Positions 28,054 to 32,000 of a DNA stretch of 32,000 bases are shown here, piece by piece; positions within the stretch are counted from its first letter, which is position 1; every line of letters begins with the position of its first letter. Source of the stretch: Isorropodon fossajaponicum endosymbiont JTNG4 (lineage in GTDB: Bacteria > Pseudomonadota > Gammaproteobacteria > PS1 > Pseudothioglobaceae). The stretch lies in the NCBI RefSeq assembly GCF_016592615.1, contig NZ_AP013043.1, positions 390,001-422,000 on the forward strand, in the 5' to 3' direction. The notes under the pieces are model-generated. The model worked only from the letters and a program-made list of their open reading frames with translations, was not told the DNA's origin and made no database searches. The translations under genes and the position numbers were made by a program.

Positions 28054-29787
28054 ATGAAGTTAAATGGTGCTCAAATATTAATTAACAGTCTTAAAAGTGA
28101 AGGGGTTGAGCACATCTTTGGCTATCCTGGCGGTGCCATTTTACACATTTATGATGCATTAAATATGTGCAATGAGATTAAACATATTCTTGTTCGCCAT
28201 GAGCAGGGCGCTGTACATGCAGCAGACGGCTATGCACGCACCAGTGGCAAGTGTGGCGTAGTGCTTGTTACCTCAGGACCGGGGCTTACTAATGCAGTAA
28301 CAGGTATTGCTACAGCCTACATGGACTCTATTCCTATGGTGGTCGTTTCAGGTCAAGTTTCTTCTGTAGTTATCGGCAATGATGCTTTTCAAGAGGTTGA
28401 TGCGGTTGGTATTACTCGTTCGTGTGTTAAGCATAATTTCTTAGTAACAGACATTAATGATTTGGCAAATGTTGTTAAAAAAGCATTTTATATCGCGACT
28501 ACAGGTCGCCCTGGTCCTGTTCTTATTGATATTACCAAAGACACAACGATTGCTGAGATTGAGTTTGACGGCTATCCTAAATCAATTGATATGCGTTCGT
28601 ATCAGCCTGAGATAAAGATTGAAGCAGATCAAATCACCAAGGCGGTTGCGTTAATTGTTCAAGCAAAAAAACCTATTATTTATTCAGGTGGTGGCAGTGT
28701 GATTGGCAATGCTGATAAAACACTGCGTATTTTTACTCGTCATACAGGTTTTCCAATTACCCAAACTTTAATGGGATTGGGTGCTTATCCTGCAAGTGAT
28801 AAACAATCATTAGGCATGTTAGGCATGCACGGCACTTATGAGGCCAACATGGCAATGCACGATTCAGATTGTATTATTGCTGTAGGTGCGCGTTTTGATG
28901 ACCGTATTACTGGTAACTTAGACAAATTTTGCCCTTATGCAAAAATTATTCACATTGATATTGACCCATCTTCTGTAGGCAAAACTGTGGGTGTTGATGT
29001 GTCGATTATCGGGCAAGTTAATGATGCTTTGGGCGCATTAACACGAGCACTGAAAAACAAGCAATTGGCTGATATTACTCAATGGTGGGCGCAAATTGAG
29101 ATGTGGCGTGGTGTTGATTCATTGGCGTATCAAACCAAAGTAGGTGTGATTAAGCCACAAAGCGTAATTGAAGCTTTATATGAAGTAACCAAAGGCGAGG
29201 CGATTGTTACCAGTGATGTTGGACAACACCAAATGTGGGTAGCGCAATATTATCCATTTGATAAGCCACGCCGTTGGATTAACTCTGGCGGCCTAGGCAC
29301 AATGGGCTTTGGACTACCTGCGGCGATGGGTGCAAAATTAGCAATACCTGAGATGGATGTCGCTTGCGTAACAGGCGAAGGTAGTATTCAAATGATGTTA
29401 CAAGAACTTTCTACTATGTTGCAATACAACACTCCGGTAAAGATTATAAATTTAAATAATGGTTATTTGGGCATGGTGCGCCAATGGCAAGAGTTTTTTT
29501 ATGACAAACGTTATTCAATGTCATACATGGATGCGTTGCCTGATTTTGTAAAACTAGCAGAAAGTTATGGGCACATAGGTATTAAGGTCGAAAAAGAGCT
29601 GGATTTAAAACCAGCATTGATTGAAGCATTCAAGCAAAAAGACAGAACGGTATTTTTAGATATTTTGACCGACCCTACAGAAAATGTATTTCCAATGATT
29701 CCATCAGGTGCAGGACACCACGAAATGCTGTTAGCAGGTCGTGATAAGATGGCGTCAACTAATGACAAAGGCTTGAATTTAGTATGA
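28054..29787 (+). CDS. ilvI: acetolactate synthase (acetohydroxyacid synthase) large subunit
   Basis: 577 aa with the ThDP-enzyme pattern (GYPGGA, RHEQGA.HAADGYAR, GGLGTMGFGLPAAMGA). It is followed by the small subunit with an overlapping stop/start. Confidence 0.95.
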   Translation: MKLNGAQILINSLKSEGVEHIFGYPGGAILHIYDALNMCNEIKHILVRHEQGAVHAADGYARTSGKCGVVLVTSGPGLTNAVTGIATAYMDSIPMVVVSGQVSSVVIGNDAFQEVDAVGITRSCVKHNFLVTDINDLANVVKKAFYIATTGRPGPVLIDITKDTTIAEIEFDGYPKSIDMRSYQPEIKIEADQITKAVALIVQAKKPIIYSGGGSVIGNADKTLRIFTRHTGFPITQTLMGLGAYPASDKQSLGMLGMHGTYEANMAMHDSDCIIAVGARFDDRITGNLDKFCPYAKIIHIDIDPSSVGKTVGVDVSIIGQVNDALGALTRALKNKQLADITQWWAQIEMWRGVDSLAYQTKVGVIKPQSVIEALYEVTKGEAIVTSDVGQHQMWVAQYYPFDKPRRWINSGGLGTMGFGLPAAMGAKLAIPEMDVACVTGEGSIQMMLQELSTMLQYNTPVKIINLNNGYLGMVRQWQEFFYDKRYSMSYMDALPDFVKLAESYGHIGIKVEKELDLKPALIEAFKQKDRTVFLDILTDPTENVFPMIPSGAGHHEMLLAGRDKMASTNDKGLNLV

Positions 29788-30266
29788 GACACATTATTTC
29801 AGTATTGTTAGAAAATGAAGCGGGCGCTCTTTCTAGAGTGGCAGGGTTGTTTTCTGCTCGCGGATTTAACATTGAGTCACTCACAGTTGCAGCAACTAAT
29901 GATTCAACTCTATCACGCATGACCATTGTCAGCATTGGTGATGATAGTATTATTGAACAAACTGTTAAGCAACTTAACAAGTTGATTGATGTGGTCAAAG
30001 TAACAGATTTGACCGCAATTGAGCACATTGAGCGTGAATTATTACTGGTTAAAGTGGATGTTAATCAACAAACACAAGCTGATATTGACAAACAAATTGA
30101 TATTTTTTCGTGCAAAATAGTTGATGTATCAGAAGATACTTATACAATTGAGTTGGCAGGAAAAAGTCAAAAAATTAATGACTTTTTGGCAAGTTTAGAT
30201 GTGTCAAAAATTTTAGAGGTTTCTAGAACAGGCGTGACTGGCGTTTGCATGAAAAGAACAAGTTAA
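29784..30266 (+). CDS. ilvH: acetolactate synthase small (regulatory, ACT-domain) subunit
   Basis: 160 aa beginning MRHIISVLLENEAGALSRVAGLFSARGFNIESLTVA, the typical IlvH/IlvN N-terminus. Confidence 0.9.
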   Translation: MRHIISVLLENEAGALSRVAGLFSARGFNIESLTVAATNDSTLSRMTIVSIGDDSIIEQTVKQLNKLIDVVKVTDLTAIEHIERELLLVKVDVNQQTQADIDKQIDIFSCKIVDVSEDTYTIELAGKSQKINDFLASLDVSKILEVSRTGVTGVCMKRTS

Positions 30267-30295
30267 TAAAGACGCATTAAGCATTAAAAAAATAG

Positions 30296-31309
<1,014 letters not shown>

Positions 31310-31362
31310 TTATTCTTTAATCAATGCCTAATTTGATTGGGTATTTTAGCGAATAACATATA

Positions 31363-32000
31363 ATGGAAAGAAAAGCAAAAAGGGGTATTTACTTACTGCC
31401 CAATATTCTCACAACATTTGGGCTATTCTCTGGTTTTTTTGCTATTATTCTTGCTACTAAAGGTCAGTATACTGATGCTGCTATTGCAATATTTGTTGCC
31501 ATGTTATGGGATGGGCTTGATGGTCGCGTAGCTCGCTTAACCAACACTCAAAGTGAATTTGGCGCACAGTACGATTCTATGGCAGATATGATTTCATTTG
31601 GCGTGGCACCCGCGCTATTGATGTATTTTTGGCTGTTGTCTGATTTAGGAAAAATTGGCTGGCTGGCTGCTTTTGTCTATGTGGTAGCAGGTGCACTTCG
31701 TTTGGCGCGCTTTAATACTCAAATTGGTATTGAGGATAAGCGTTATTTTCAAGGATTGCCTTCCCCTGCTGCTGCTGCATTAATTGCAGGTTTGGTTTGG
31801 ACCTTTGATGTGATTGGTGCAACTGATTATGATCAATATTTAATTTTAGCCAGTTGGATTATTCTGGTTGGCTCTGGTGTGTTAATGGTTAGCAACGTTC
31901 GTTATAACAGTTTTAAGGAGATTAATCTAAAAGGCAGATCCTCATTTAAATTATTGTTATTTACCACTTTAATTATTATTGTCGTCACTTTAGAGCCTAG
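31363..32000 (+). CDS. pssA: CDP-diacylglycerol--serine O-phosphatidyltransferase (CDP-alcohol type), 3' partial
   Basis: My own translation from ATG 31363 is open to the window end: MERKAKRGIYLLPNILTTFGLFSGFFAI...DGLDGRVARLTNTQSEFGAQYDSMADMISFGVAP. This contains the D-G-x2-A-R-x8-G-x3-D-x3-D motif. Confidence 0.85.
   Translation, partial: MERKAKRGIYLLPNILTTFGLFSGFFAIILATKGQYTDAAIAIFVAMLWDGLDGRVARLTNTQSEFGAQYDSMADMISFGVAPALLMYFWLLSDLGKIGWLAAFVYVVAGALRLARFNTQIGIEDKRYFQGLPSPAAAALIAGLVWTFDVIGATDYDQYLILASWIILVGSGVLMVSNVRYNSFKEINLKGRSSFKLLLFTTLIIIVVTLEP

Noticed and set aside
31319-31338. An AATCAA-8 nt-TTGATT hairpin after ilvC, considered as a terminator.
   Set aside because: The stem is a 6-bp AT-only stem with no clean T-run, too weak to call.

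Overview
AT-rich chromosomal segment that reads like a gammaproteobacterial sulfur oxidiser. The SUP05/Thioglobaceae-like, possibly host-associated, placement is inference only, from soxB plus the rnf, sucCD and ilv context and the low GC.

Most of the window is ordinary housekeeping: soxB, murE, murF, pgsA, three tRNAs, argG, epmA, efp, sucCD, rnfABCDG, dusA, ftsA, lpxC, ilvIH, ilvC and pssA.

I could not support any intact, novel multi-gene system. What stands out is gene-order erosion and gene decay:

- **dcw cluster shattered.** murE and murF are separated by a 1.8-kb islet. murF is followed by tRNA-Arg/pgsA. ftsA sits between dusA and lpxC, with no ftsQ and no ftsZ in their canonical slots.
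- **rnf operon incomplete.** It stops at rnfG, with no rnfE, and runs straight into a frameshifted, 3'-truncated queA.
- **Many inactivated genes.** At least nine loci carry nonsense, frameshift or truncation lesions, often at short poly(A) runs, while equally long runs inside rnfA and rnfG stay in frame.
- **Accessory patch.** A 3.2-kb patch between rnfA and dusA is a graveyard: an IS256-family fragment, a near-complete but triply mutated IS3-family element, a second IS3-family fragment, a RelE/ParE-like remnant and a PD-(D/E)xK nuclease-like remnant.
- **Possible host-interaction genes.** These are a signal-peptide-bearing 665-aa Sel1-repeat protein, a class II Fic protein and a small outer-membrane barrel interrupted only by an A9 tract.

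All family assignments come from motif and pattern recognition by eye. No searches were run.
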